From positions 84,085 to 148,084 of the forward strand of contig CAWKAM010000017.1 of the NCBI GenBank assembly GCA_963847605.1: DNA of 64,000 nt, given 5' to 3'. The position numbers were made by a program, and so were the translations under genes. The stretch comes from an uncultured delta proteobacterium (GTDB taxonomy: Bacteria; Desulfobacterota; Desulfomonilia; UBA1062). The notes beneath the pieces are model-generated. The model was not told the DNA's origin. It saw only the letters and a program-made list of their open reading frames with translations, and ran no database searches. Within the stretch, counting starts at the first letter, position 1. Each line of letters opens with the position of its first letter. This document shows positions 10,245 to 20,929 of the stretch, piece by piece.

Positions 10245-10880
10245 ATGGATACATATCGTTTCCTGGGCCTCTTTCGGATTATCTTGATCCTATCTATTAT
10301 TGCGCTTACTGGTTGCAGTGGAAGAGGTGGGGGTGGTAAGGCCTCGTCAGAATCTGCTCCTGCATTTAAAATATCTGGTACGGTAAGTGGCTATGCTCAA
10401 GAGAATTTTCCTATAATATTATCGGGCACTAACTCAGGTACTACGACAACAGATGCCAGTGGGAATTATAGTTTCCCGGGCCTGACAGATGGGTCATACA
10501 CTGTTACCCCAATCCTTTTTTGGTATACATTCACTCCATGTAGTCAAGCGGTAACGATCAACGGAGCAGATGTCCGTGCAATCAACTTCACTTCTTATGC
10601 TGCAAACAATGGTATTAAGTATAGCATCTCTGGAGTCATAACAGTGAGTGATGTGGCTAAGCAAGGTGTTATTGTAACATTATCGGGCACTAACTCAGGT
10701 ACTGCGGCAACAGATGCCAGCGGGTATTATAGTTTTTCGAACCTGATGAATGGGACATATACTCTTACACCATCCATTACTGAATATACATTCACTCCAA
10801 CTAGTCAAACGGTAACGATCAACGGAGCAGGTATCAGTGCAATCAACTTCACAGCTACTGACCTTTCTCCCCCAAAATAG
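10245..10880 (+). CDS. lipoprotein with two tandem beta-sandwich (carboxypeptidase-regulatory/CnaB-like) domains
   Basis: Lipobox LTGC; two copies of LSGTNSGT..TDASG.YSF..L..G.YT.TP...YTFTP.SQ.VTINGA....INFT, also similar at DNA level. Confidence 0.8.
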   Translation: MDTYRFLGLFRIILILSIIALTGCSGRGGGGKASSESAPAFKISGTVSGYAQENFPIILSGTNSGTTTTDASGNYSFPGLTDGSYTVTPILFWYTFTPCSQAVTINGADVRAINFTSYAANNGIKYSISGVITVSDVAKQGVIVTLSGTNSGTAATDASGYYSFSNLMNGTYTLTPSITEYTFTPTSQTVTINGAGISAINFTATDLSPPK

Positions 10881-11108
10881 GCCATTTTATAGTGAGCACG
10901 GCTTGCTAAATGAGAAGAGGAGGAACACAATAGGGCAAGAGGTACTCAGATTAGCATCTTTTCACCCTTTCCTTAAACTGAATATAACTGCGATATCATC
11001 ATGGTTTTATGATGTCTAAAAACTGATGATCTTGGATTGAAACATATGAAATCTATCATTTCATATCAGAGCGTGAGGTATGGCACGAGATCTATTCAAA
11101 GTGACTTT

Positions 11109-12110
11109 TCATTTCTTGGGTTTCCATTCGCTTGCTAACTTCTGAGCCTCTGCTATTTGAGCTGGCGTCATCAACTTGGCCAGTTGATCACGTTTTGAAA
11201 CCGCTGAATTATTTCCTTGTGATGCTGATAGACATAACCACATATATGCTTGCAAATAGTTCTGTATTATCCCGCTGCCAGCGGCATACATAAGCCCTAA
11301 GCAATATTGCGCATTGGCATATCCCTGCTCAGCGGCCTTACGAAACCAGTTTAAGGCTTCTTTATAGTCTTGTGGTACACCCTGACCATGGACATACATA
11401 ACCCCAATGTTATATTGTGCCTCTGCATATCCTTGATCAGCTGCCTTACGAAACCAGTTTAAGGCTTCTTTATAGTCTTGTGGTACACCCATGCCCCTGG
11501 CATACATAAGCCCGAGTTCACATTGTGCTGTGGCATATCCCTGCTCAGCTGCCTTACGAAACCAGTTTAGGGCTTCTCCATAGTCTTGTGGAACACCGTG
11601 GCCATTGGCATACATAATCCCAATCATCTCTTGTGCCTCGGCATATCCTTGATCAGCTGCCTTACGAAACCAGTTTAAGGCTTCTTTATAGTCTTGTGGT
11701 ACACCCATGCCCTTGGCATACATCAACCCGAGGCTACATTGTGCCTTGTCTAACCCCTGCTCAGCAGCCTTACGGAACAAGTTTATAGCTTCTCCATAGT
11801 CTTGCTGCACTCCCTCACTACATAGATATGACACACCGAGAGCATTTTGTCCCAGGGCTAACCCTTGATCAGCTGCTTTGCGGAACCAGTTTAGGGATTC
11901 TTTATAGTCTTTTGTTACTCCTAGGCCCTCGGCATATATCTTTCCAAGATTATACTGTGCCATGGCGTCTCCTTTCTGGGCAAGAGGCCTGAGTTCCTTT
12001 AGAGCAGCAGAATAATCCTTTTTTTCAAGAGCTTCCTTGTAATCACCCCAGATCGGGCTTGAAAACATCAAAATAACCAATAGTGATAAAAGTATTTTTT
12101 TCAAAATCAT
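11109..12110 (-). CDS. secreted Sel1-like repeat protein
   Basis: Signal peptide and seven 36-aa repeats (AQ..LG.MY..G.GVPQDYKEALNWFRKAA.QG). Confidence 0.95.
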   Translation of the reverse strand: MILKKILLSLLVILMFSSPIWGDYKEALEKKDYSAALKELRPLAQKGDAMAQYNLGKIYAEGLGVTKDYKESLNWFRKAADQGLALGQNALGVSYLCSEGVQQDYGEAINLFRKAAEQGLDKAQCSLGLMYAKGMGVPQDYKEALNWFRKAADQGYAEAQEMIGIMYANGHGVPQDYGEALNWFRKAAEQGYATAQCELGLMYARGMGVPQDYKEALNWFRKAADQGYAEAQYNIGVMYVHGQGVPQDYKEALNWFRKAAEQGYANAQYCLGLMYAAGSGIIQNYLQAYMWLCLSASQGNNSAVSKRDQLAKLMTPAQIAEAQKLASEWKPKK

Positions 12111-12698
12111 TTCCTTAATCCAGATATTACAAGTTGAAATAACTTTACAAGTATATGCAAATAGAATCTTATATAGCTCAATAGCAATATGATCTATTTT
12201 AAGCTTGTTTCACTTTATAGCAAGAAGTGGCTCCGGAAATTCGGACAGGGGATGGCATTTTATAAGTGAAGCCTTGCCACTATTCCCACTAAGCCGCATC
12301 GGACAGATACTTACCGGAATTGTATTAACGGTAGTTCTTGCTTATGTCTGTGGTGCTGCTGGTGGATATATCATCAGGTCGTTCGGCTCGAAAGATATGG
12401 TCTATGAGGATAAGGATGAGTTTGCCTGAGCCGAGTAGGATAATAGCAAGGATTCTGGAAATAGAAGGAACCATCGGGGCCTGGTCTCAACATATGACAT
12501 TGGGTTGATTGTTGATGCCAGACCTCATTACTCATTAATCATTTTGAGTAACGATAACTTCGATAAATTGCTTGCCCCAAACTCAGATTATGAACCATAG
12601 ATCTCTGCGATAACTTTCTGGTTTTGAAAGGCCAAGAAACCGATGATTTTGAAATATGATCTTCATTTTACCTGGTTCTCTCTTGGTGTTATTTTTTT

Positions 12699-13136
12699 AT
12701 GAATCGAGTGAAGGCCATCGATCTGTGGCACCTTGAGAGAAAAAAATCTCAGCACCTCCCACTCTTCGCCTCTCCAATCAGTGCAGGACCCCCATCTCTT
12801 GCAGATAGCACCATAGACCAAAACATTGACCTCAACGAGTTCCTAATCAAGAACCCGACCGCCACCTTCTTCGTGAGGGTAGAGGGTACATCAATGATCG
12901 ATGCCGGGATTCATCCAGGGGATATCTTGATCGTGGACAAATCCCTTGACCCGTTGCCCAACAACATTGTGATCGCCGTGGTTGGTGGAGAATTCCTGGT
13001 GAAGAGGCTCATTAGGGAGTGTGGCGTGAGGTATTTGATGGAGGACAATCCTGACTTTGGAAGGATTGAGTTTGGTGAGGGCATGGACGTTGAGATTTGG
13101 GGTGTTGTTGTGTGGGTGATTCATAAGTTGAGGTGA
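12699..13136 (+). CDS. umuD: UmuD-like S24 autopeptidase
   Basis: SAG cleavage site, IDLNEFLIKNPTATFFVRVEGTSM (Ser), VKRL (Lys); no HTH. Confidence 0.9.
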   Translation: MNRVKAIDLWHLERKKSQHLPLFASPISAGPPSLADSTIDQNIDLNEFLIKNPTATFFVRVEGTSMIDAGIHPGDILIVDKSLDPLPNNIVIAVVGGEFLVKRLIRECGVRYLMEDNPDFGRIEFGEGMDVEIWGVVVWVIHKLR

Positions 13137-13197
13137 GAGGGTAGGGCTTCTCATTTTAAAATTGATAACTCACAACCCGATATCAATGTCTTGTGAC

Positions 13198-13220
13198 TGG
13201 TGGGAATAGTGGTGGGAATA
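13198..13220. repeat. direct repeat, putative integrase arm-type site
   Basis: TGGTGGGAATA at 13198-13208 and 13210-13220, about 60 bp from the tRNA-Glu 3' end. Confidence 0.6.
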
Positions 13221-13237
13221 AACGCTATCAAATAACA

Positions 13238-13267
13238 AAAAGGTTACGAATTACTCCGTAACCTTTT
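13238..13267 (-). terminator. hairpin downstream of tRNA-Glu
   Basis: AAAAGGTTACG-N8-CGTAACCTTTT. Confidence 0.7.
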
Positions 13268-13276
13268 GAATTAATA

Positions 13277-13354
13277 TGGCGTCCCCAAGGGGATTTGAAC
13301 CCCTGTCGCCGGCGTGAAAGGCCGGTGTCCTGGGCCTGGCTAGACGATGGGGAC
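13277..13354 (-). tRNA. tRNA-Glu(TTC)
   Basis: GTCCCCATCGTCTAG...CTTTCAC...GGTTCAAATCC...GGGGACGCCA; CCA encoded. Confidence 0.97.
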
Positions 13355-13361
13355 ATACATA

Positions 13362-13434
13362 TGAGCCAGGAGGGACTCGAACCCTCGACCACCGGATTAA
13401 AAGTCCGATGCTCTACCAACTGAGCTACTGGCTC
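13362..13434 (-). tRNA. tRNA-Lys(TTT)
   Basis: GAGCCAGTAGCTCAGTTGGTAGAGC...CTTTTAA...GGTTCGAGTCC...CTGGCTCA; CCA not encoded. Confidence 0.97.
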
Positions 13435-13601
13435 AGTTCGAAACCCCCTATGTCATGGTTGCAGGAAAATATCAAGGGTAAAAAAGCCTTATCAGTTGCA
13501 TAGAAGCCGTTGTATTGTTAGGCATCATGAGCCTGTGCAGCCAACCCTTCCACACCGCTGAATGGTGGTTTCTGTATGACAAAAGTTGTGATATAGATTT
13601 A

Positions 13602-13829
13602 TACGATATGATCTGGGTGATACTCTATATTCCGCTCGCCGTTTACATGGCTTATGCGTTTACCTCGCATCTTGAACCCATCTCTTGGGCCATTGTCTTT
13701 GCAGTCATTCTTGGGTTCTCTATTGTGGAGTGGCTTATGGTGAGAAAAGACAGCTCCCGATCGAGGATAACACTTACGATCATGTGCCTTACCCTTGTAT
13801 CACTCCTTGGAGGCATGATTTTGAGATGA
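13602..13829 (+). CDS. small membrane protein
   Basis: Three hydrophobic segments; start uncertain (ORF opens at 13515). Confidence 0.5.
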   Translation, partial: YDMIWVILYIPLAVYMAYAFTSHLEPISWAIVFAVILGFSIVEWLMVRKDSSRSRITLTIMCLTLVSLLGGMILR

Positions 13830-13864
13830 GAGGTAATCTATCGGATCAGATGGAAGATCAGGGG

Positions 13865-14161
13865 TTACATATCTTCGGCATAGCAGTAGTCATAAATCTT
13901 TGACACCCTGATCCCCTGGATGGAGAAATAAAACTCGTCCCCCTTTTCAACCCCGCTGACTTCCGCCACACCCGATTCCTGCGCCTGGAAGATCTTGGTG
14001 TTGCCAAAGTCGAAAATGGGCAAGGCCTTGCTTGTATAGGTCCAGATAGTTCCGTCCTCAGAGATGGTTGAGATAATATACTCACCCTGCTTCAACCACT
14101 TTTTGATACCCTGGAATTCGAATTTCCGATTATCCCTATACATGGCGGCCTCTCTCTTCAT
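13865..14161 (-). CDS. hypothetical protein
   Basis: 98-aa ORF co-oriented downstream of cimA. Confidence 0.5.
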   Translation of the reverse strand: MKREAAMYRDNRKFEFQGIKKWLKQGEYIISTISEDGTIWTYTSKALPIFDFGNTKIFQAQESGVAEVSGVEKGDEFYFSIQGIRVSKIYDYCYAEDM

Positions 14162-14208
14162 AGCTGCTTCCTTTCTAATGATACTTATCGGATATTAAGA
14201 GAGAACGC

Positions 14209-15810
14209 TTAACGTCTTTGCTTGGGTACACCCCCTTTTTTTGAGTCCTTGTAGAGCTTATAGTCCATACTGTCTACAAGGGCCATCCAAGAGGCTTCGA
14301 GGATGTTGCTGGATACGCCCATGGTATACCAGTGGTCTTTTTTATCGCCTGACTCGATGAGGACTCTGACTACCGACTCGGTCCCCTGTCTGGATGAGAT
14401 CACCCGTACTTTATAATCCAAAAGTTCGACTTCCTGAATGCCGGGGTAAAACTTCTGGAGGGCCTTCCTGAGTGCCCTATCCAGCGCATTGACCGGGCCG
14501 TTTCCCAGGGCCGCCGTATGCTCAATGCTGCCGTCCACCTCAATCATGATGGTGGCTTCTGACATGGGGTCGGTGTCGTCGCTCCTGCGCTCCGTGTTCA
14601 CCCGAAAGCCCTTGAGTTTGAAGGAGCGCATGTGCTCACCAATGGACTTTTTCATAAGGAGTTCCAATGAGGCATCAGCACCTTCGAACTGAAAGCCGCA
14701 ATCCTCAAGATCCTTGATGATCTTTACGATTTCTTTGGCAGCCGTATCATCCTTGGAAAGATCGATATTAAACTCACGAGCCTTGTAGAGGATGTTGCTC
14801 TTTCCTGACTGATCGGACACCAGAACCTTGCGATGATTTCCCACAAGTTCCGGAGATATATGCTCATAGGTGGCTGGGTCATTAATCACGGAACTCACGT
14901 GGATACCGCCTTTATGGGCAAAAGCCGATTCTCCCACATAGGGCTGATGCTTGTTGTGGGATAGGTTGGCGATGTCGTCAAAAAACCGGGATAGGTCGCT
15001 GAGCATGCTCATTTTGTCCAGAGGTATGGTCTCATAGCCGAGCTTGATGGAGAGGTTGGGGATGATAGAGCATAGGTTTGCATTTCCACACCGTTCCCCG
15101 ACGCCGTTGATGGTACCATGGATGTGATTGATGCCGGCCTGTACGGCGCAGACGGTATTGGCAACTGCAAGATCACTATCATTATGGCAATGGATACCAA
15201 GCGGGGTATGAATCTCACCCTTAAGAAACCCGATGATAGCCGACACCTCCGACGGCAGGGTGCCGCCGTTGGTGTCACACAGGATGATCCTGTCCGCCCC
15301 GCCTGAAACAGCAGCCGTTAATGTTGATAATGCATATTCCCTGTTCGCCTTCAGGCCATCGAAGAAGTGCTCTGCATCGAAGAAAACCATATTGAAGAAG
15401 CCTTTGAGATAGGCCACGGTTTCGCGGATCATCCGCAAGTTTTCATCCAGAGAGCACCCGAGCCCCCCTTCACCCTTGACGTGAGTATCCCACGATTTGC
15501 CGAAGATGGTCAATCCATGGGGTTTGGCATTGATAAGTTGCTTTATCATCCTGTCGTTTTCAGGGTGTTTGTCTGGTTTGCAAGTACTGCCAAAGGCCAT
15601 GATTTTAGCATGGGTGATTGCGAGTGATTTGATCGTGCCGAAGAGGCGATCATCTTTCGGGTTGGCACCGGGCCATCCGGCTTCAATGTAGTCTATGCCA
15701 AGCTGGTCAAGTTTTAGGATGATCGAGTACTTGTCATCAAGCGAAAGGCTTATGTCTTCGGACTGGGCCCCGTCACGCAAAGTGGTATCATAGATCTCAA
15801 TCTTGTTCAA
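14209..15810 (-). CDS. cimA: citramalate synthase
   Basis: YDTTLRDGAQ, FFDAEHFFDG, HCHND, GERCGNANL, LeuA-type regulatory C-terminus; follows aspartokinase. Confidence 0.92.
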   Translation of the reverse strand: MNKIEIYDTTLRDGAQSEDISLSLDDKYSIILKLDQLGIDYIEAGWPGANPKDDRLFGTIKSLAITHAKIMAFGSTCKPDKHPENDRMIKQLINAKPHGLTIFGKSWDTHVKGEGGLGCSLDENLRMIRETVAYLKGFFNMVFFDAEHFFDGLKANREYALSTLTAAVSGGADRIILCDTNGGTLPSEVSAIIGFLKGEIHTPLGIHCHNDSDLAVANTVCAVQAGINHIHGTINGVGERCGNANLCSIIPNLSIKLGYETIPLDKMSMLSDLSRFFDDIANLSHNKHQPYVGESAFAHKGGIHVSSVINDPATYEHISPELVGNHRKVLVSDQSGKSNILYKAREFNIDLSKDDTAAKEIVKIIKDLEDCGFQFEGADASLELLMKKSIGEHMRSFKLKGFRVNTERRSDDTDPMSEATIMIEVDGSIEHTAALGNGPVNALDRALRKALQKFYPGIQEVELLDYKVRVISSRQGTESVVRVLIESGDKKDHWYTMGVSSNILEASWMALVDSMDYKLYKDSKKGGVPKQRR

Positions 15811-17039
15811 ACGGCACCCCTCGGCTTATCGAGCTCGAAGGCCTCGTGCAGTACGCGTACCCCGAGCTCGATAAATTTCTCGTCGATAACGCACGAGATT
15901 TTGATCTCGGACGTGGAGATCATCTGAATGTTGATCCCCACATCGGACAGGGCCTGGAACATCTTTGATGCGACCCCGGCATGGGACCTCATGCCCACAC
16001 CCACGATGGATAGTTTGGCGATGGAAGGATCACCCACTACATCACGGGCCCCGATGTCGCTGACCAATTGTTTGACGATCGCAATAGCCTTGTCATAGTC
16101 TGTTTTGGTGACGGTAAAGCTCATATCTGCCAGCTTTCCGTCTGCAGAGACATTCTGGATGATCATGTCCACGTTAATGTTCTTTCCCGCCAGGGGGGAG
16201 AAGATCTTTGCTGCAACGCCGGGTTTATCCTGCACGCCGAGTATGGTGATCTTGGCCTCGTTCTTATCATAGGTAATGCCTGATACGACCTCTTTTTCCA
16301 TCTCGTCATCCTCCAGGGTGGTAAGCGTTCCTCCTTCATCCGTGAAGGAGCTTTTCACCAGTAAGGGAACATTATATTTCTTTGCAAACTCCACGGAACG
16401 TGTCTGAAGGACCTTGGCGCCCAATGACGCCATCTCGAGCATCTCGTCGTAGGAGATCTTCTCAAGCCGTCTCGCCTTGTCACATATGTTGGGGTCGCAG
16501 GTGTAAACCCCGTCCACATCGGTGTAGATCTCGCAAAGCTCGGCCCCAAGCACCGCGGCAAGTGCCACAGCAGATGTATCAGACCCGCCCCTTCCAAGCG
16601 TGGTGATGTCCAGATTATCCGTAACTCCCTGGAACCCTGCCACTACCGCCACCTCTTTTGCCTCGAAGGCCTTTTTTAGGGCCTGAACATCTATGTCGAG
16701 GATACGCGCCTTCATAAAGTCGTTGTCGGTCTTGATACCGAGCTGAAATCCGAGAAGGGATCGTGCAGGCACACCTAAATCCTTGAGTGCCATCGCAAGC
16801 AGAGCAATGCTCACCTGCTCGCCCGTGGAGACGATGACATCCATTTCCCGCGGATCAGGGGAGGGTGAGAGCTCCTTGGCGAGCCTGATGAGCTTGTCCG
16901 TCTCTCCAGACATGGCAGAAACCACCACTGCTATGTCGTTGCCTTCGCGATACCTCTTTGCAACCTTGTCTGCTACGAATTTTATCTTTTCCAGAGTGCC
17001 GACGGAGGTCCCGCCATACTTCTGAATAATTATTCCCAT
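15807..17039 (-). CDS. lysC: aspartate kinase
   Basis: QKYGGTSV, TTLGRGGSDTSA, two ACT domains. Confidence 0.96.
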   Translation of the reverse strand: MGIIIQKYGGTSVGTLEKIKFVADKVAKRYREGNDIAVVVSAMSGETDKLIRLAKELSPSPDPREMDVIVSTGEQVSIALLAMALKDLGVPARSLLGFQLGIKTDNDFMKARILDIDVQALKKAFEAKEVAVVAGFQGVTDNLDITTLGRGGSDTSAVALAAVLGAELCEIYTDVDGVYTCDPNICDKARRLEKISYDEMLEMASLGAKVLQTRSVEFAKKYNVPLLVKSSFTDEGGTLTTLEDDEMEKEVVSGITYDKNEAKITILGVQDKPGVAAKIFSPLAGKNINVDMIIQNVSADGKLADMSFTVTKTDYDKAIAIVKQLVSDIGARDVVGDPSIAKLSIVGVGMRSHAGVASKMFQALSDVGINIQMISTSEIKISCVIDEKFIELGVRVLHEAFELDKPRGAV

Positions 17040-17124
17040 TCGGTTTCACCTCTTACCAATAGAGACAAATAATATATGATTGTTCTTGAGATACAGGCAG
17101 TTGTATATGATGAAATAGGTCGGA

Positions 17125-17574
17125 TCATCCATCAAGGTCTTTAATCCAGGGGAGTTCTGTGGAGATGTCGATCCTCCTTTTTTGCTCACCTGCATGATCG
17201 ATGGTGATTTCCACGGTTGTCCCCCTGAAAAAGCCGCATGCGCGCTGTGCCCATTCGACAATAATGACATGATCCGTGTCCATGAAGTCTTCAAGCCCAA
17301 GATTTCCTATTTCTTCAGAGTCTAGCCTATAGAGATCTACATGGATTATGTCAAGCCTCGCGTTGTACAGGTTTACCAGGGTGAAGCTGGGGCTGACCAC
17401 GATTGCCGAATTATCAGGCTCCATACCTTCGACAATACCCTTGGTGAAAAGGGTCTTGCCTGCACCTAACTCACCATTAAGCAGGATGATCTCACCGCCT
17501 GAGAGCAGAGATCCTATCTGAGCCCCGAGATTAGTCGTCTCTTCCGGAGAATGGGAACTGAATTCACGCCTCAT
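17125..17574 (-). CDS. tsaE: tRNA t6A biosynthesis ATPase
   Basis: GELGAGKT, SPSFTLVNLY, HVDLYRL, VEW; ATG overlaps the acpS stop. Confidence 0.93.
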   Translation of the reverse strand: MRREFSSHSPEETTNLGAQIGSLLSGGEIILLNGELGAGKTLFTKGIVEGMEPDNSAIVVSPSFTLVNLYNARLDIIHVDLYRLDSEEIGNLGLEDFMDTDHVIIVEWAQRACGFFRGTTVEITIDHAGEQKRRIDISTELPWIKDLDG

Positions 17575-17948
17575 GCATTCTCCAAGATCACAATTGCAAC
17601 AGCACAACCTTTATCATGAGATATGCTCACATGGTATTGTCCAGCGCCTTTGAGGTGCGAGAGCTCATGTGCCTTGCCGGTGAGATGAAGTCGGGGTGCT
17701 CCATGTGCAATGTCCACAGAGATGTCTTGAAAAGAGATCCCCGAAGATCTCCCTGCAGAGAGCGCCTTGAAGGCTGCCTCTTTTACGGCAAACCTCCCGG
17801 CAATACATGATGCCGAGTCATGCCTTTTCATACAATAATCGATCTCTTCGGGAGAGAAGATCCTCTTTAAAAAGCGCATGCCATGCCTTTGAAGGAGGGT
17901 ATTGATACGGGCTATATCAACGATGTCAATACCGATTCCAATGATCAC
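17571..17948 (-). CDS. acpS: holo-ACP synthase
   Basis: GIGIDIV, RFAVKEAAFKAL, VSISHD. Confidence 0.95.
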   Translation of the reverse strand: MIIGIGIDIVDIARINTLLQRHGMRFLKRIFSPEEIDYCMKRHDSASCIAGRFAVKEAAFKALSAGRSSGISFQDISVDIAHGAPRLHLTGKAHELSHLKGAGQYHVSISHDKGCAVAIVILENA

Positions 17949-19166
17949 TTAAGTCCCCATTATTGACCGTATAACCGAACGGACCCTGTGGGCATGGAGG
18001 CAATCATGGACGCGCACCAGGTCCACTCCATTCAAGGCAGCCCAGGCGGTCACGGCATCAGTGCCTTCTTCACGCTGATCAATACCGCAATCGAGTATCT
18101 TGCCGATGAATGTTTTTCTTGAGTGCCCTGTCAACAAGGGCATGTGAAGCGACTTAAACTCGGCAATATGGCGCATGATTGAGAGGTTTCCCTGAAGGTC
18201 CTTGCCGAAACCCAACCCAGGGTCGACGATGATAGACTCAGGGGATATGCCTGCATTCAGGCAGGCCTCGATCCTCTCGTCTAAGAACATATAAATTTCG
18301 CTTATTATATCTTCATAATGGGTATTGTCCTGCATGGTCTTGGGCGTGCCCCGCATGTGCATGAGGATGACCCCGCAGCCGCTGTGGCGTGCGAGTGTCA
18401 CCATATCTGGATCGCCACTGAGGGCCGTTATATCATTGATAATGGATGCCCCGGCATGAAGTGCGGCTTTGGCAACAGTTGCCTTGGTTGTATCGATACT
18501 GATGGGGATCTCTAGAACAGAGGCCAGTTGTTTGATTATGGGTACTATCCTTGAGGCTTCCTCGCGCGCATCTACGTTCTGAGATCCGGGCCGTGACGAT
18601 TCACCCCCCACATCGATGATCTCAGCGCCCTGCTTTACCATCTCTAAAGCATGTTCTAAGGCTGGTCCAGGTTCTAGGAACTTCCCACCGTCGGAAAAGG
18701 AATCAGGTGTCACGTTCAGGATCCCCATGATTACCGGCAATTCTTTCCACTCCAGGTTTTTGCCGCAGAGATTGAGCGTGAGGGGGCCATTTTCATAGAA
18801 CACCTGTTCGCGGATGCTTTCAGCCAGTGGCTCCAGGCCCGGCTGAAGTTTGAGCTTGTCCATAAGGAGCCTGAAATGCCGCAGGTCACCCATGATAACA
18901 CAGTCCGAGGTCTCCACCTTTCCTGAGATCACATGCCTGTGGACCGCTACATCCCCGCCGATGGAGAGCATACTCTGCTTAAGTATGTTGGCTGCGTAGA
19001 GTCTAACTCCCCTGAGCAGGAGGTTTACGTGATGGAGTTTGGGAATCAGGTAGGGCAACGAAGCCGGATCGACTCCACAGGCGAGCAGTTTATCTTTGTC
19101 CGCTTTAGAGAGCAGCCTAGCTTGCAGCAGCCCCTTCCTGGACGATCTTGTCGATCTCTGCGCCAT
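17949..19166 (-). CDS. folP: dihydropteroate synthase with N-terminal extension
   Basis: [40 protein letters not shown]; start ambiguous (ATG 19166 or CTG 19127/19130). Confidence 0.92.
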   Translation of the reverse strand: MAQRSTRSSRKGLLQARLLSKADKDKLLACGVDPASLPYLIPKLHHVNLLLRGVRLYAANILKQSMLSIGGDVAVHRHVISGKVETSDCVIMGDLRHFRLLMDKLKLQPGLEPLAESIREQVFYENGPLTLNLCGKNLEWKELPVIMGILNVTPDSFSDGGKFLEPGPALEHALEMVKQGAEIIDVGGESSRPGSQNVDAREEASRIVPIIKQLASVLEIPISIDTTKATVAKAALHAGASIINDITALSGDPDMVTLARHSGCGVILMHMRGTPKTMQDNTHYEDIISEIYMFLDERIEACLNAGISPESIIVDPGLGFGKDLQGNLSIMRHIAEFKSLHMPLLTGHSRKTFIGKILDCGIDQREEGTDAVTAWAALNGVDLVRVHDCLHAHRVRSVIRSIMGT

Positions 19167-20922
19167 CGATGACCTCTTTTTCCAGCAGGGTCTGTGCGAT
19201 CTTGTGAAGGAAGTCCAGATTACCTTCAACAATCGCCCGGGTCTTGGTGTAGCAGTCCATGATGATGGCCTTCACCTCTTCGTCGATCTTCTGGGCTGTC
19301 AGCTCGCTGTAGTCGACCCGCTTGGAGATCTCTCTACCCAGGAAAATCTCCTGCTCAACTTTACCGAAGCTCAAAGGACCCAAGGTGCTCATGCCCCATT
19401 CGGTGACCATGTGCCTGGCCATATCGGTGGCCCGTTCGATATCGTTCCCAGCCCCGGTAGTCAAGCAGCCTAAGACCAGCTCTTCGGCAACCCTCCCACC
19501 CATGAGAACGGAAATGGTAGCCAGCAGGAAGTCCTTGCTGTAGGTATGCCTGTCATCGATCGGGAGCTGCTGGGTTATGCCCATGGCGCGTCCTCTGGGG
19601 ATGATGCTTACCTTGTATACCGGGTCTGCATTCGGTAGTTTCTTTGCTACAAGGGCATGGCCTGCTTCGTGGTATGCGGTGGTCTTCTTCTCCTCTTCGG
19701 AGATCACCATGCTCTTACGCTCCACGCCCATGAGGACCTTGTCCTTGGCCATCTCCATGTCTTCCATCATTACCTTTGTTCGATTTTTGCGGGCAGCAAG
19801 GAGGGCAGACTCATTTACGAGATTAGATAGATCAGCCCCTGAAAAACCGGGTGTGGCCTTGGCAAGTATTGCCAGATTGACATCATCAGCCATAGGGATA
19901 TTGCGAGTGTGTACCTTGAGGATACCCTCTCTGCCTTTGACGTCGGGGCTTGCAACAACCACCTGGCGATCGAATCTTCCAGGGCGGAGCAGGGCAGGAT
20001 CTAAGACATCCGGTCGATTGGTGGCCGCCATGAGGATAACCCCTTCATTGGATTCAAACCCGTCCATCTCCACGAGGAGCTGGTTCAAGGTCTGCTCTCG
20101 TTCATCATGGCCGCCGCCGAGGCCGGCCCCTCTGTGCCTGCCGACGGCATCGATCTCATCGATGAAGATGATGCATGGGGCATGCTGCTTGCCCTGAGCA
20201 AAAAGGTCACGCACACGGGACGCGCCTACACCCACGAACATCTCCACAAAGTCGGAGCCCGACATGCTGAAGAAAGGGACCCCCGCTTCGCCCGCCACTG
20301 CCTTTGCCAGCAGGGTTTTGCCTGTACCCGGGGGGCCCAGGAGCAGTACGCCTTTGGGTATCCGCCCGCCAAGCGATGTGAACCGTTTGGGCTCCTTGAG
20401 GAATTCAATGATCTCCTCCAACTCCTCCTTTGCCTCATCCACACCGGCCACATCGGCAAAGGTGACCTTCATTTTGTCCTGGGTCATGAGCCTGGCCTTG
20501 CTCCTGCCGAAGCTCATGGCCTTAGTTCCGCCTGTTTGCATCTGCCTCATGAAGAGGACCCATACACCAATGAGCAACAGCATGGGGATCCATGAGATTA
20601 AGGCGGAGAGGTACCAGGGGGATTCATCCTTTGGTTTTGCGGTAATAGAGACGTTCTTTGCCGTAAGCCTCTCAACGAGCTTTGGATCATCCGGCGTATA
20701 GGTGTCAAAGATCTTTCCGTTTGCCAGCACACCTTTGATCTCGCTGCCTTGAATGGTGACTTCCTTTATCTCGCCTTTATCCAAAACCTTAAGAAAGTCG
20801 CTGAAGGCTAATGTCGAAGTCTGTTTAGCTGGTTGATTAAAGAGGTGGAAGAGCATCACCCCGATGAGTGCGATGACCACCCATAGGGCTACTGTTTTAA
20901 TCAGGCTGGTGTTTGAGTTCAT
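19117..20922 (-). CDS. ftsH: ATP-dependent zinc metalloprotease FtsH
   Basis: Two TM helices, [20 protein letters not shown]. Confidence 0.98.
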   Translation of the reverse strand: MNSNTSLIKTVALWVVIALIGVMLFHLFNQPAKQTSTLAFSDFLKVLDKGEIKEVTIQGSEIKGVLANGKIFDTYTPDDPKLVERLTAKNVSITAKPKDESPWYLSALISWIPMLLLIGVWVLFMRQMQTGGTKAMSFGRSKARLMTQDKMKVTFADVAGVDEAKEELEEIIEFLKEPKRFTSLGGRIPKGVLLLGPPGTGKTLLAKAVAGEAGVPFFSMSGSDFVEMFVGVGASRVRDLFAQGKQHAPCIIFIDEIDAVGRHRGAGLGGGHDEREQTLNQLLVEMDGFESNEGVILMAATNRPDVLDPALLRPGRFDRQVVVASPDVKGREGILKVHTRNIPMADDVNLAILAKATPGFSGADLSNLVNESALLAARKNRTKVMMEDMEMAKDKVLMGVERKSMVISEEEKKTTAYHEAGHALVAKKLPNADPVYKVSIIPRGRAMGITQQLPIDDRHTYSKDFLLATISVLMGGRVAEELVLGCLTTGAGNDIERATDMARHMVTEWGMSTLGPLSFGKVEQEIFLGREISKRVDYSELTAQKIDEEVKAIIMDCYTKTRAIVEGNLDFLHKIAQTLLEKEVIDGAEIDKIVQEGAAAS

Positions 20923-20929
20923 GCAGAGC

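Larger units (their letters stand above)
1..13276. mobile_element. genomic island abutting the tRNA-Glu 3' end (other end outside the window)
   Basis: Visible shift to AT-rich DNA, accessory and decayed genes, IS, arm-like repeat; no integrase within the window. Confidence 0.75.

Noticed and set aside
9971-11100. TGGCACG motifs at about 9971 and 11081 as sigma54 promoters
   Set aside because: No GC at the -12 position
11200-11960. Regular 108-bp repeats as a CRISPR array or DGR template/variable repeat
   Set aside because: In-frame Sel1 coding repeats; no spacers, cas genes or reverse transcriptase, and I saw no restriction of mismatches to adenines
7828-12530. Shared 12-mer CAGACCTCATTA at about 7828 and 12519
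   Set aside because: Too short to exclude chance; no clear boundary function
13228-13419. 63-aa ORF
   Set aside because: Overlaps the two tRNA genes
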